From: Vulcanimicrobiota bacterium
GTDB taxonomy: Bacteria > Vulcanimicrobiota > Xenobia > Xenobiales > JADMJV01
DNA: 64,000 nucleotides
Reading direction: 5' to 3'
NCBI GenBank assembly: GCA_050250895.1
Contig: JBFWNU010000001.1
Span: forward strand, 2,628,891-2,692,890
The position numbers and the translations under genes are program-made. Under the pieces are notes generated by a model. It was not told the DNA's origin. It worked only from the letters and a program-made list of their open reading frames with translations, and made no database searches. Below, piece by piece: positions 13,811-21,965 of the stretch (positions are counted from its first letter, which is position 1; each line of letters begins with the position of its first letter).

Positions 13811-15325
13811 ATGGCAGCACCCGCCCGCAGACCAGCGCCCCGGCCCCCGGTAAGAAGCTCGGGCAACCGCAGCCGCGGACCCAGCCGACCCCCTGCCAAC
13901 AAGAGCCGCCCCAGCCGGCCGGCCAATCCCACCCCTGCCAACCAACCCGCCCGCCCCGCCAGCCCGGCGGCGCCGGCTAATCCGAATCCCGCCCCCAATC
14001 GGCCGGCTGCCACCGAGACTCCCAGCACCCACGGCCAGGCTGCCGCTGCCGGGATGGGCTCGGCTTATGCCGGCCTGCAGGCCAACCATCAACCCGCCCA
14101 GAACGGCCAGCCCGCTCAAGCCAACCAGAACAACCAGAATCAAGCCGCTGGCGAGAATGCGGCCGCCAACGGCCAGCCTAACAGCCTCAGTCTGGGCGGG
14201 CAGAACTATCAGCTCGGCTATGACCAACAGGGCCAGATGAATCAGGTCACCGGTCCCGACGGAGTCAGTTGGAACCGCAATCAGGACGGGACCTGGAAGG
14301 GCTCCAACGGCGAGACTCGCCAGTCGATGCAGCTCGACGACAAGAGTTTCTCCTACAGTACCAAGACCAGTTGGGGTCAAGAGAACCTCACCCGCTTCGA
14401 CCGCCAATCGGGCCAGAAGACCGAGTGGACCAAGGACCGCGGCGACGAGCAGTTCCATCGCGACATCCGCGGCGGCGAGCAGTATCTCTACAAGGATGGC
14501 TCGACCATCGACCGCGACGGCGCCGGGCGCATCACCGGCTTCAACGGTACCGGCGGAATGCTCCAAGAGATTGACAAGATCTCGAACATGACCGACCGCA
14601 CCATGCGCAATCTCAAGATCACCCAGATGTATAGCGACCTGTCCCGGATGATGGGCAAGACCATCCCCGGTGGGGGCGCCAACTGGAACACCTGGGCCTC
14701 GCACGCCTCCAACGAGGCCGGTTATGCCATCCGCGGCGAGCGCAACCCTTTCGGAGGCCGCGATTCCAGCACCATGGGCTTCCACGATGTCACCAAGGCG
14801 GCCATCGCACGCGGCAACAATCAGGTCTTCACCGAGATCGCCCCCGAGATGGTCAAGTTCATGGACACCGTCAACGGCATGGGCGGCAAGCCCGACGCCG
14901 GCAAGTTCAACCAGTTCCTCAACGGCATCGGCAACAAGCCCGTCCTCAAGAATGCCTTCACCGACTACTACAAGGCCAAGTTCGCTCCCGATACGGCCAG
15001 CCGCCGCCAGCACATGCTCGACGGCAACATCAAAGTGGGAATGCACGAGCAAATGCGTCTGGACCCGATGATCGACATGGCGATGCCCGATGTCGCCGGC
15101 ACTCCGGGCCGGGTGGCCATGACTCAGGGCATGAACATCAACCTGCCTCGCGAGAGCGTCAACCTCGGCTCGGCCGGTGACTGGTCCAACTTCAACAGCC
15201 GCATGAAAGTCATCGCCAACCTCTTCAGCAGCCGCCACATGGACCCCAGCGTGTTCGGCTCGCCTTTTAGCCGCGTCGAGAGTGCCGACATCATCAACGG
15301 TCACGTTCCCACTCGCTTCCAGTAG
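13811..15325 (+). CDS. Putative exported effector: low-complexity N-terminus, beta-rich repeats, DUF2515-like C-terminal domain
   Basis: P/A/N/Q-rich first ~125 aa, YD-like YDQQGQMNQVTGPDG, then RNLKITQMY, ANWNTWASHAS, GNNQVFTEIAP, HEQMRLDP. Strong codon bias. Confidence 0.65.
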   Translation: MAAPARRPAPRPPVRSSGNRSRGPSRPPANKSRPSRPANPTPANQPARPASPAAPANPNPAPNRPAATETPSTHGQAAAAGMGSAYAGLQANHQPAQNGQPAQANQNNQNQAAGENAAANGQPNSLSLGGQNYQLGYDQQGQMNQVTGPDGVSWNRNQDGTWKGSNGETRQSMQLDDKSFSYSTKTSWGQENLTRFDRQSGQKTEWTKDRGDEQFHRDIRGGEQYLYKDGSTIDRDGAGRITGFNGTGGMLQEIDKISNMTDRTMRNLKITQMYSDLSRMMGKTIPGGGANWNTWASHASNEAGYAIRGERNPFGGRDSSTMGFHDVTKAAIARGNNQVFTEIAPEMVKFMDTVNGMGGKPDAGKFNQFLNGIGNKPVLKNAFTDYYKAKFAPDTASRRQHMLDGNIKVGMHEQMRLDPMIDMAMPDVAGTPGRVAMTQGMNINLPRESVNLGSAGDWSNFNSRMKVIANLFSSRHMDPSVFGSPFSRVESADIINGHVPTRFQ

Positions 15326-15362
15326 AAGGCTCCGGCGGGATGGGTGGTGAAAGTCGTCCCCG

Positions 15363-16265
15363 ATGGGCGACGATCTTACCGAACATCTAGGCGCTGTTCC
15401 TTCGCTCGAGGGCTTGAAGAAAAGCCATCGGATGCATCTGGTGGTGATGACCGGGCCTGAGCGCGGAAGAGTTTTTCCGTTAGAACCCGGTCAGTTCATT
15501 CTGGGACGCTCTCCCGACCACTCCGACATCGTGTTGGAAGGGCGGGGCTTGAGCCGGGCTCACGCTCGTCTGATGGTCACCACCGGGTATGAACTGCTGC
15601 TCGAAGATCTGGGTTCGACCAATGGGTCGCGCATCAACGGCGAGCGCGTCGATCGCGGCAAGCTCAAGACGGGCGACAGTCTGGCCCTGGGTGAGGCGGT
15701 GGTGAAGGTCGAGTGGACCGACTCCGACGTGGCCGGCTTGATCGAAGAGCTACATCAAAGCTCCACCAGCGACGGTCTCACGGGACTTTGGAACCGGCGT
15801 AGTTTCGAACAGCGTCTGCGCCAGGAGTGGAACGCCGTGGGCCGCCAATCCAGCACCGCCGCCTGCGTGGCCCTGCTCGACATCGATCGCTTCAAGTCGA
15901 TCAATGACACCTATGGCCACGCGGCCGGCGACGCCGTGCTCAAGGGCCTGGCCAGGTTGCTCATGTCGTCATTGCGCGATGAAGACGTGGCCGCACGCTG
16001 GGGCGGCGAAGAGTTCATCTTGCTGCTTCGAGGGGCCGAACTGGCCGGGGCTGGCGTGCTGCTCGACCGCCTGCGCGAGACCATGGCCAGCCATCTATTC
16101 GAGGTGCCCACCCCCACAGGGTCGCTGACCATCCCGGTCACGGTCAGCGTGGGGGCAGCTTCGTTAAGTCCCCAACGCTCGCCTGAAGAAACCATTGCGG
16201 TGGCCGACGAGGCTCTCTATCGAGCCAAGACCACCGGCCGCAACCAGGTGTGCCTCGAGGTCTAG
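15363..16265 (+). CDS. FHA-domain diguanylate cyclase
   Basis: FHA (LGRS...SRAHA...DLGSTNGS); DGLTGLWNRR, DIDRFKSINDTYGH, RDED I-site, GGEEF. Confidence 0.93.
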   Translation: MGDDLTEHLGAVPSLEGLKKSHRMHLVVMTGPERGRVFPLEPGQFILGRSPDHSDIVLEGRGLSRAHARLMVTTGYELLLEDLGSTNGSRINGERVDRGKLKTGDSLALGEAVVKVEWTDSDVAGLIEELHQSSTSDGLTGLWNRRSFEQRLRQEWNAVGRQSSTAACVALLDIDRFKSINDTYGHAAGDAVLKGLARLLMSSLRDEDVAARWGGEEFILLLRGAELAGAGVLLDRLRETMASHLFEVPTPTGSLTIPVTVSVGAASLSPQRSPEETIAVADEALYRAKTTGRNQVCLEV

Positions 16266-16789
16266 TCGCTGCTGTCGTGCAGTAGTAGCAGGGCGGCTCC
16301 GGCCCGCTCGCTGAATTCGATGCGGTCGGGATCGCTGCCGCGAACCTTGCCTACCGGAATGCCCAGCACATCTTTGACCGTGCCGTCGGCCGTTACCCGA
16401 CCGGCCGGTAGGAAGATCCCTTTGACGGCACCGTCTTCGCTGACGCTGCCCATGGGAAGGCCCAGCGGATCTTTGACCTGACCCGACTCGGTCAGGCGCC
16501 CGACGAAGAAGGGATTGCCGAACTCGTAGAAGCGACCTTGAGTGTCGACATGGCCTTCCTGAATCCCGATGAAGTCGGTCACGACAGTGTCGTTGGGGCC
16601 GGCGCAACCCGAGACGGCTGCGGCTCCGGCCAGGGCCAGGAGTCCCAGCCCGGCCATCTTCCAGCCGGAACGGTGGGAGCCCAGTTCGACGGTGTCTTGT
16701 GGGGTCGGCAACTCGGCGGGCTCGACCGAGGGCGCTTTGCTCGCGGCTCTCGGAGGGGCGGCGTGGGTGAGGCTATTGATACTCTGCAT
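16262..16789 (-). CDS. Hypothetical protein with disordered leader, internal lipobox and short GxVxxDG beta repeats
   Basis: MQSINSL...PQDTVELG...LLALAGAAAVSGC; repeats GRLTESGQVKD, GSVSEDGAVKG, GRVTADGTVKD. Start re-called at 16789. Confidence 0.65.
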   Translation of the reverse strand: MQSINSLTHAAPPRAASKAPSVEPAELPTPQDTVELGSHRSGWKMAGLGLLALAGAAAVSGCAGPNDTVVTDFIGIQEGHVDTQGRFYEFGNPFFVGRLTESGQVKDPLGLPMGSVSEDGAVKGIFLPAGRVTADGTVKDVLGIPVGKVRGSDPDRIEFSERAGAALLLLHDSSD

Positions 16790-16832
16790 GGCACCAGTCT
16801 GCCTCACCGACCAGAAAATAGCCTGAAAGAGT

Positions 16833-17210
16833 CTAGAGTTCGACCTGCCAGTCGGGCCGACCCAGGTGCAGGCAGACCGCGTTAAAAACCAGGGCGTCAT
16901 CATCCAGGCCCAACATCGACTCGAGGTCCGGATCGGCATCGTCGCTTTCAACGAAATAATAGGCGGCTGCCTGGGCGTGAATGAGCATGGGGCCGGGGGC
17001 CTGACCCAGCATGCGCTTGAGGCCCTCGGTAAGGTCTTTGGCCAGCACGGTGTCGATGCGAGGATGGAGCGGCAGGGCTGCACGCAAGCGAAGGTGGTGA
17101 GCTTCAACCATTTGCGCCAGCGCCTCGCGTGAGAGCAGAGGGCGCTCGAGAAACTTGGCATACGCGTCCGCCGCCTCGGGCGGAAGCTCGATGGGCAGTT
17201 GGTCTTGCAT
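16833..17210 (-). CDS. YkvA/DUF1232-like protein
   Basis: AAAYYFVESDDADPDLESMLGLDDDALV. Confidence 0.65.
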   Translation of the reverse strand: MQDQLPIELPPEAADAYAKFLERPLLSREALAQMVEAHHLRLRAALPLHPRIDTVLAKDLTEGLKRMLGQAPGPMLIHAQAAAYYFVESDDADPDLESMLGLDDDALVFNAVCLHLGRPDWQVEL

Positions 17211-17254
17211 GCCCGCTAGAGTTCCACTCTGGCGGGGATACTCCCACCGGCCCG

Positions 17255-17284
17255 AAATAAAAAAGCCCCGGCTTGCGCCGGGGC
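17255..17284 (-). terminator. Intrinsic terminator
   Basis: On the minus strand: GCCCCGGC-GCAA-GCCGGGGC then TTTTTTATTT, downstream of 17351-17677. Confidence 0.8.
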
Positions 17285-17350
17285 GTTAGGTCCAACCATG
17301 CTCATCTCACTACCGAGAGGATACCGGTCCGACGTCACAAGCTCGTTAAA

Positions 17351-17677
17351 TCATTCAAGGGTCACGATCAGGTGGGGAGGGAACGAATAAGTGATCATCT
17401 CACCGTCTTCCTCGCCACCGTCCTGTTCCCACTTTTTGGCTCTAAAGAGACTTTCATCGTGGAGCTCTTTGCAACAGATGGCCACATCGCGTCGCTTCGC
17501 TTCGGTGATGGCCTTGAACAGGTGACAAATCACCCCAAATTCGATGATCCCCTCGGTGTCGGTGTATTTGCAAAAGCGTGGCTGTAGCACGCCTACCTTC
17601 ATCCGCTCGAGCAGCTCCCGAATGGTTTGCTTCATAGCTGGATCAGCGCGGCGCTTTTTCTTGGCTGGTTCAGGCAC
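17351..17677 (-). CDS. Hypothetical protein
   Basis: AAAGGAG SD before GTG, terminator downstream; no family recognised. Confidence 0.6.
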   Translation of the reverse strand: MPEPAKKKRRADPAMKQTIRELLERMKVGVLQPRFCKYTDTEGIIEFGVICHLFKAITEAKRRDVAICCKELHDESLFRAKKWEQDGGEEDGEMITYSFPPHLIVTLE

Positions 17678-17763
17678 CCGGGGGCGCTCCTTTCACTATC
17701 AATATCCCCCAAAGCCAAGATTTTTCGTGAGGGGCGGGTTTGTTCCTGGCGGAAAGGGTTTCC

Positions 17764-18045
17764 TTACAGCCAGATTCGAGCCAGCCAGAAGGCTGCCATC
17801 CCGGCCGCGATAGCAGCCCCCGCACTCTGGGTCTTCCAGGCTACCAGGCCAGTAACGAGTGCGGCCAGCCAGCGTGGGGGTTCGGGCTCGAGCAACATCG
17901 GGGCCACCAGGGCCGAAAGCACGGCCGGCGGGACATAGGGCAGGGCTGCGTTCAGCCAGCTCGGCAAGGCGCGGTCGCCCAGGCCGAGAAACGACCAGCG
18001 CAAGAGATAGGTCCCCACCGCCATGGCCAGGATCGTCACCTCCAT
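17764..18045 (-). CDS. azlD: AzlD branched-chain amino acid export subunit
   Basis: MAVGTYLLRW...LPYVPPAVLSALVAP; overlaps azlC. Confidence 0.88.
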   Translation of the reverse strand: MEVTILAMAVGTYLLRWSFLGLGDRALPSWLNAALPYVPPAVLSALVAPMLLEPEPPRWLAALVTGLVAWKTQSAGAAIAAGMAAFWLARIWL

Positions 18046-18704
18046 CGTTCGCCCGCCACACCCGCCGCCACTCCGGCCAGAGCCCCTAGCATCAATCCCA
18101 GCTTGAAAGGGAGCCCGGCCGCCAGCAGGGCCACCAGGGCGGCCACCAGCGCCGCCAGCAGGCGGGGCCGAGTGACCACGGTGGGCACCAGCAAGGCGAG
18201 AAACATCAAGGGGATCGCCATCTCAAGGTGCCACTCTGGCGGGACCACCCCGCCTAGACACACGCCCACCAGGTGGCTGAGTTGCCAGGTCGTCCACAGG
18301 GCTGTGGCGGCACCGAGGTAAAAACCCCGCCGGTCGAGTTGCGGGTCCTGGTCAAAACGAATCACGCACAAGGCGTAGCCCTGGTCCGTCAAGAGATAGG
18401 CCAGCCCTGCCCGCAGCCATACCGGTTGCTGTTCGAAATGGGGTGAGATCGACAGGCTATAGAGTAGAAACCGCAGATTGACGGTCCAGGCGGCCAGCAC
18501 CACCACGATGGCCGGCGTCGCCTTGGCTATCAAAGCGGTCGCCGCTAACTGCGAGGCCCCGGCGAACATCGACAACGACATGGCCGTGGCTTGCCAGGGC
18601 CCCATCACCCCGACCGCTGCTGCGCCAGCCACGGCGCCGAAGGGCACCACTCCGATCAAAATGGGGGCAATCCCGCGCACCCCGCTCCAGAAGGCCGTCC
18701 GCAT
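18036..18704 (-). CDS. azlC: AzlC family permease
   Basis: PFGAVAG, MFAGASQL, VNLRFLLYS, AYLLTDQGYA. Start re-called at MRTAFW; promoter TTGCAA-17-TAGGCT-7 nt-ATG. Confidence 0.9.
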   Translation of the reverse strand: MRTAFWSGVRGIAPILIGVVPFGAVAGAAAVGVMGPWQATAMSLSMFAGASQLAATALIAKATPAIVVVLAAWTVNLRFLLYSLSISPHFEQQPVWLRAGLAYLLTDQGYALCVIRFDQDPQLDRRGFYLGAATALWTTWQLSHLVGVCLGGVVPPEWHLEMAIPLMFLALLVPTVVTRPRLLAALVAALVALLAAGLPFKLGLMLGALAGVAAGVAGERWR

Positions 18705-18742
18705 GCCAGCCAGCCTAGCCGGGCTGGCAGAAATTTGCAAGT

Positions 18743-19004
18743 GGGTGCACCCACCCTCGCATACCCCTGGAACATCTCGATGGAGGCTCTCAAAGCGCGA
18801 CTCGTCTGGCATACTGTCTCTAGAGGCAGAAACGGGAAGCAAAACCGCTTCCGACAGGGCCTACATAGTAAGCTTGGAGAGACCCCGTCTCAGGCCGGCA
18901 CTGGCGGCGAAATGCGCCAGGCTACAGCTGGTCCAGATGGGTGGACCCTCCGATAGAAAGAAGCGGCTTCGTCGCGCGAGCAGCGACGGAGCTTCGCTCA
19001 TTTT
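18743..19004 (+). ncRNA. Candidate structured non-coding RNA (unidentified; divergent 6S-like RNA or MITE possible)
   Basis: Nested complementary segments close the element (18743-53/18938-48; 18767-74/18929-36; 18779-96/18872-89), plus internal hairpins and a terminal hairpin. G-U pairs favour the + strand. Confidence 0.5.
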
Positions 19005-19408
19005 AGGCGGGATTCGCTGGGGAAGTCTTTGGCCATCATGACCAGGCAGACCGCCACCATGGCCAGCAAATAGGATTTGGGCCCGCCCAACAGCGCCACG
19101 AGGAGGCCGTAGATAGCTCCTGACTCATAAAACGCCAGGGTCACGAGATGGGCTGCTTTGAAGGCCGCTATCGGGTCGGCGCCTCGGGCCAGGTTTTGGC
19201 GCATAAGACTACGGCGCAAGAAGTGGGAAGCCACCAGACCACCCAGATAAACCGAAGCCAGGCAGACCATAAAGACATGCAACTCGTAGGCCGACATATT
19301 GCTTTGTTCGGGACCCACGGCATAGCCCACCGCCAGGAAAACCAGTGGGCTGGCCATGAATACACTATGAACAACTCTGATTTCTCGCATACGATCTGTT
19401 TCGCGCAA
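18998..19408 (-). CDS. Hypothetical four-TM membrane protein
   Basis: Hydrophobic segments; LAFYESGAIYGLLV; start may be ATG 19390. Confidence 0.6.
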   Translation of the reverse strand: MRETDRMREIRVVHSVFMASPLVFLAVGYAVGPEQSNMSAYELHVFMVCLASVYLGGLVASHFLRRSLMRQNLARGADPIAAFKAAHLVTLAFYESGAIYGLLVALLGGPKSYLLAMVAVCLVMMAKDFPSESRLK

Positions 19409-19517
19409 GCAAGGAGAGTTCCCATCGTTCGAGCGAACTAGGCCGAAAGGCTTAGGTCGAACGGACGATCTTGGTGTCCTCTATTGTTCCCGATGAAGCG
19501 GCAGCCTATAATCCGGA

Positions 19518-20168
19518 GTGTCAATGAAAATAATGGATCGCATTCGGCGCAGCGTGTTTGAGCGCCGACCTGGAGAGTTCTTTACCGCCAAGGAGTTCCT
19601 CCAGTTGGGCAGTCGGGCGGCGGTCGATCAGACGCTGGCCCGCCTGGCGCGTGGTGGGCTGATCAAACGGGTGGCACGTGGCGTTTATATGCGCCCCCGC
19701 GTGCATCCGGCTCTCGACCCTGAGGTGGTCTCTCCTAACGATGTCCTGCGAGCCCTGGCCCAGACCAAAGGCGCCAGGATTCAACTCGGAGGAGGCGCGG
19801 CTGCCCATCTGCTGGGCTTGACCGAAACGATTCCCGAGAAGGTCGTCTATCTCACCGACGCCCCTTCGCGCACCTTGCAGGTGGGCACCGAGACCATCGA
19901 GCTGCGCCACGTCAGCGCTTCGACACTGGTGGGATGCGGTACCCTCGCGGGCGATGTGGTGCAAGCCATGCGCCACGTCGGTAAAGAAGGTTGCACCCGC
20001 GAGCGACTCGATCAGCTCAAAGACCGGCTGCCTCCCGACACCATCAAGGACCTGGTGGGGCTCATTCCCCGCATCGCCTCCTGGATGTCAGTCCCGATCA
20101 GCTATCTAGCCGGCGAGGACCGTCTCGATCCCAAGCCGCGGGGGCGGGCCAAAGCCCAGGCCGAATAG
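19518..20168 (+). CDS. DUF6088 / AbiEi-type antitoxin-like wHTH protein (orphan)
   Basis: FLQLGSRAAVDQTLARLARGGLIKRVARGVY, GAAAHLLGLTE, VYLTDAPSR. Confidence 0.8.
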   Translation: MSMKIMDRIRRSVFERRPGEFFTAKEFLQLGSRAAVDQTLARLARGGLIKRVARGVYMRPRVHPALDPEVVSPNDVLRALAQTKGARIQLGGGAAAHLLGLTETIPEKVVYLTDAPSRTLQVGTETIELRHVSASTLVGCGTLAGDVVQAMRHVGKEGCTRERLDQLKDRLPPDTIKDLVGLIPRIASWMSVPISYLAGEDRLDPKPRGRAKAQAE

Positions 20169-20206
20169 ACTACCCACTCTGGGTCGGATTACTAACTAGC
20201 CAGGGT

Positions 20207-20233
20207 TACATTTTTCTCTTCTCCTGCCGATAT
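20207..20233 (+). promoter_or_regulatory. sigma28 (FliA)-like promoter
   Basis: TACA-15 nt-GCCGATAT versus consensus TAAA-N15-GCCGATAA. Confidence 0.55.
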
Positions 20234-20274
20234 TCCATGTGATGGAATGGTTCGGGGGACGGGAGGAAAATCAC

Positions 20275-21393
20275 TTGAACAAAGCCACTATCCTCATCGC
20301 CGATGACGAGGAATTTGCTCTCTTGCTGCTGGGTGACTTGCTTGGCCATCATGGTTACCTGGTCGAGACCGCCGGCGACGGCGAGGCGGCTCTGCAGAAG
20401 GCCCTGGCCCTGCGACCGGACGCCATCCTGCTCGACGTGATGATGCCCAAGCTCGATGGCTTCGAGGTGTGTGCGCGGCTCAAAGCGGCCCACTCGACTC
20501 GGGCCATTCCGGTGCTGCTGGTGACCGCCCTCAACCGGCAAGAATTTCGTAATCGGGGCATCGAGGCGGGCGCCGACGACTTTTTGAACAAGCCCTATGA
20601 CGCCACCGAAATTGCCCTGCGGGTGCGTAACGCGGTTCGCACCAAGCGATTGTTTGACGAGTCAGAGAGCAACTATCAGCGATTGGCGCGCCTCGAGCGC
20701 AGCCGCGACGAGCTCGTCCACATGCTAGTGCACGACCTGCGCAACCCGCTGGCCGCCGCTTCGCTGGCCAGCGAGATGCTCGACGACGAGCTCCGGGAGT
20801 TGCTGCTAGGCGACCAGACCGCCCTTCTTCAGGCAGTTCGCGACGGGCTGCGCGAGGTGACTGGTCTGGTCAATCAGATCCTGGAATACAGCCGACTCGA
20901 GTCCGAAACCCTGCCCGTCGAGCAGACGTCGGTGGACCTGCTCGAGTTGCTCGAACGTAACGCCGCCAACCGTTTGCTCTGCGAGCGGCGGGTGGTGCTC
21001 GACATGCCCCGGTCTGGGGTGCGAATCTGCAGTGATCCCGACCTGCTCAACCGGGTGCTCGAGAACCTGCTGAGCAACGCCGTCAAATACACCAAGCGCG
21101 GCGACGAGATCCGTCTCTCGCTCAAGCTCGACGGAAAGATCGTCCACCTGGTCGTCGAGGACACGGGTTGCGGCTTTGACCCGGCCCACGCCGAAGCCAT
21201 CTTCGACAAGTTCTTCCAGGTGGAAAGGCGCGGCCTGCCTGGAGCTAACGGCTCGTCGGGTCTGGGGCTGTCGTTTTGCAAACTGGCCATCGAGGCGCTG
21301 GGGGGGACCATTCGCGCCGAGAGCCAGCCCGGCCAGGGAAGCCGCTTCGAGGTGACCCTTCCCGGGGCGCAGTGCTCCCGAGCGGTGGCCTGA
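20275..21393 (+). CDS. Hybrid REC-histidine kinase
   Basis: ILIADDE, LLDVMMP, GADDFLNKP; H-box HDLRNPL; N-box NLLSNAVKY; DTGCG; GLGLS. TTG start after GGAGG. Confidence 0.92.
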   Translation: MNKATILIADDEEFALLLLGDLLGHHGYLVETAGDGEAALQKALALRPDAILLDVMMPKLDGFEVCARLKAAHSTRAIPVLLVTALNRQEFRNRGIEAGADDFLNKPYDATEIALRVRNAVRTKRLFDESESNYQRLARLERSRDELVHMLVHDLRNPLAAASLASEMLDDELRELLLGDQTALLQAVRDGLREVTGLVNQILEYSRLESETLPVEQTSVDLLELLERNAANRLLCERRVVLDMPRSGVRICSDPDLLNRVLENLLSNAVKYTKRGDEIRLSLKLDGKIVHLVVEDTGCGFDPAHAEAIFDKFFQVERRGLPGANGSSGLGLSFCKLAIEALGGTIRAESQPGQGSRFEVTLPGAQCSRAVA

Positions 21394-21965
21394 TGAAAGC
21401 TCGCTGTCCGCTCAAGGGTGTCATCTTCACCGAGTTCCTGGGCCTGGTCGAACAAATCGGAGGTTTCGAACTTGGCGATGGCGTGATCACGGCCGCCGGC
21501 CTGGACGGCGCGTACACAGCCCTGGGAAACTATCCCTACGAAGAATTGGTGGCTCTGGTCGAGCAGCTTTCTCTGCGTCTGGGTCAGCCGGTAGCCGTCT
21601 TGCTGGAACAGTTCGGGCGCCACCTGTTCGGGCGCTTTCTACAACTTTATCCCGATCTATTTCGTGACCATCGGGATGCTTTCGCCCTACTGGCCCGGCT
21701 CGATGACACCATTCACGTCGAAGTTCGCAAGCTCTATCCTGAGGCTACACCTCCTCGCTTCGAGTGTCGCCTCGATGGAGACTCCATGGAATTGGTCTAC
21801 ACCTCGGTCCGACCCTTTGCCGACCTGGCCCGAGGGCTGCTCAACGCTTGCCTGGAGGGTTATGGCGAGGGAATCGAAGTGCACGAGCAGGACGCTCGCG
21901 GGGATCGCCGGCAGGTCCGCTTCGACTTAAGGAGGCAAGAACTTGTCCGAGTCACTCCTGCGTAG
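21393..21965 (+). CDS. H-NOX (heme NO-binding) protein
   Basis: KGVIFTEFL N-terminus, proximal His in IHVEVRKLYP, PPRF, YxSxR motif YTSVR. TGATG coupling. Confidence 0.88.
   Translation: MKARCPLKGVIFTEFLGLVEQIGGFELGDGVITAAGLDGAYTALGNYPYEELVALVEQLSLRLGQPVAVLLEQFGRHLFGRFLQLYPDLFRDHRDAFALLARLDDTIHVEVRKLYPEATPPRFECRLDGDSMELVYTSVRPFADLARGLLNACLEGYGEGIEVHEQDARGDRRQVRFDLRRQELVRVTPA

Noticed and set aside
13811-14190. Tandem DNA repeat or array in the low-complexity region
   Set aside because: The repetition is at amino-acid level (PAN/RPS/NGQP); there are no regular identical DNA units.
13751-15304. 517-aa minus-strand ORF
   Set aside because: Shadow of the codon-biased plus-strand gene; no recognisable motifs.
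19424-19500. c-di-GMP-I riboswitch call
   Set aside because: Only the first GAAA hairpin resembles it; the GCAAAGC junction and second hairpin are absent. Kept only as a low-interest hairpin.
19518-20168. Functional AbiE phage-defence system
   Set aside because: No AbiEii toxin adjacent.
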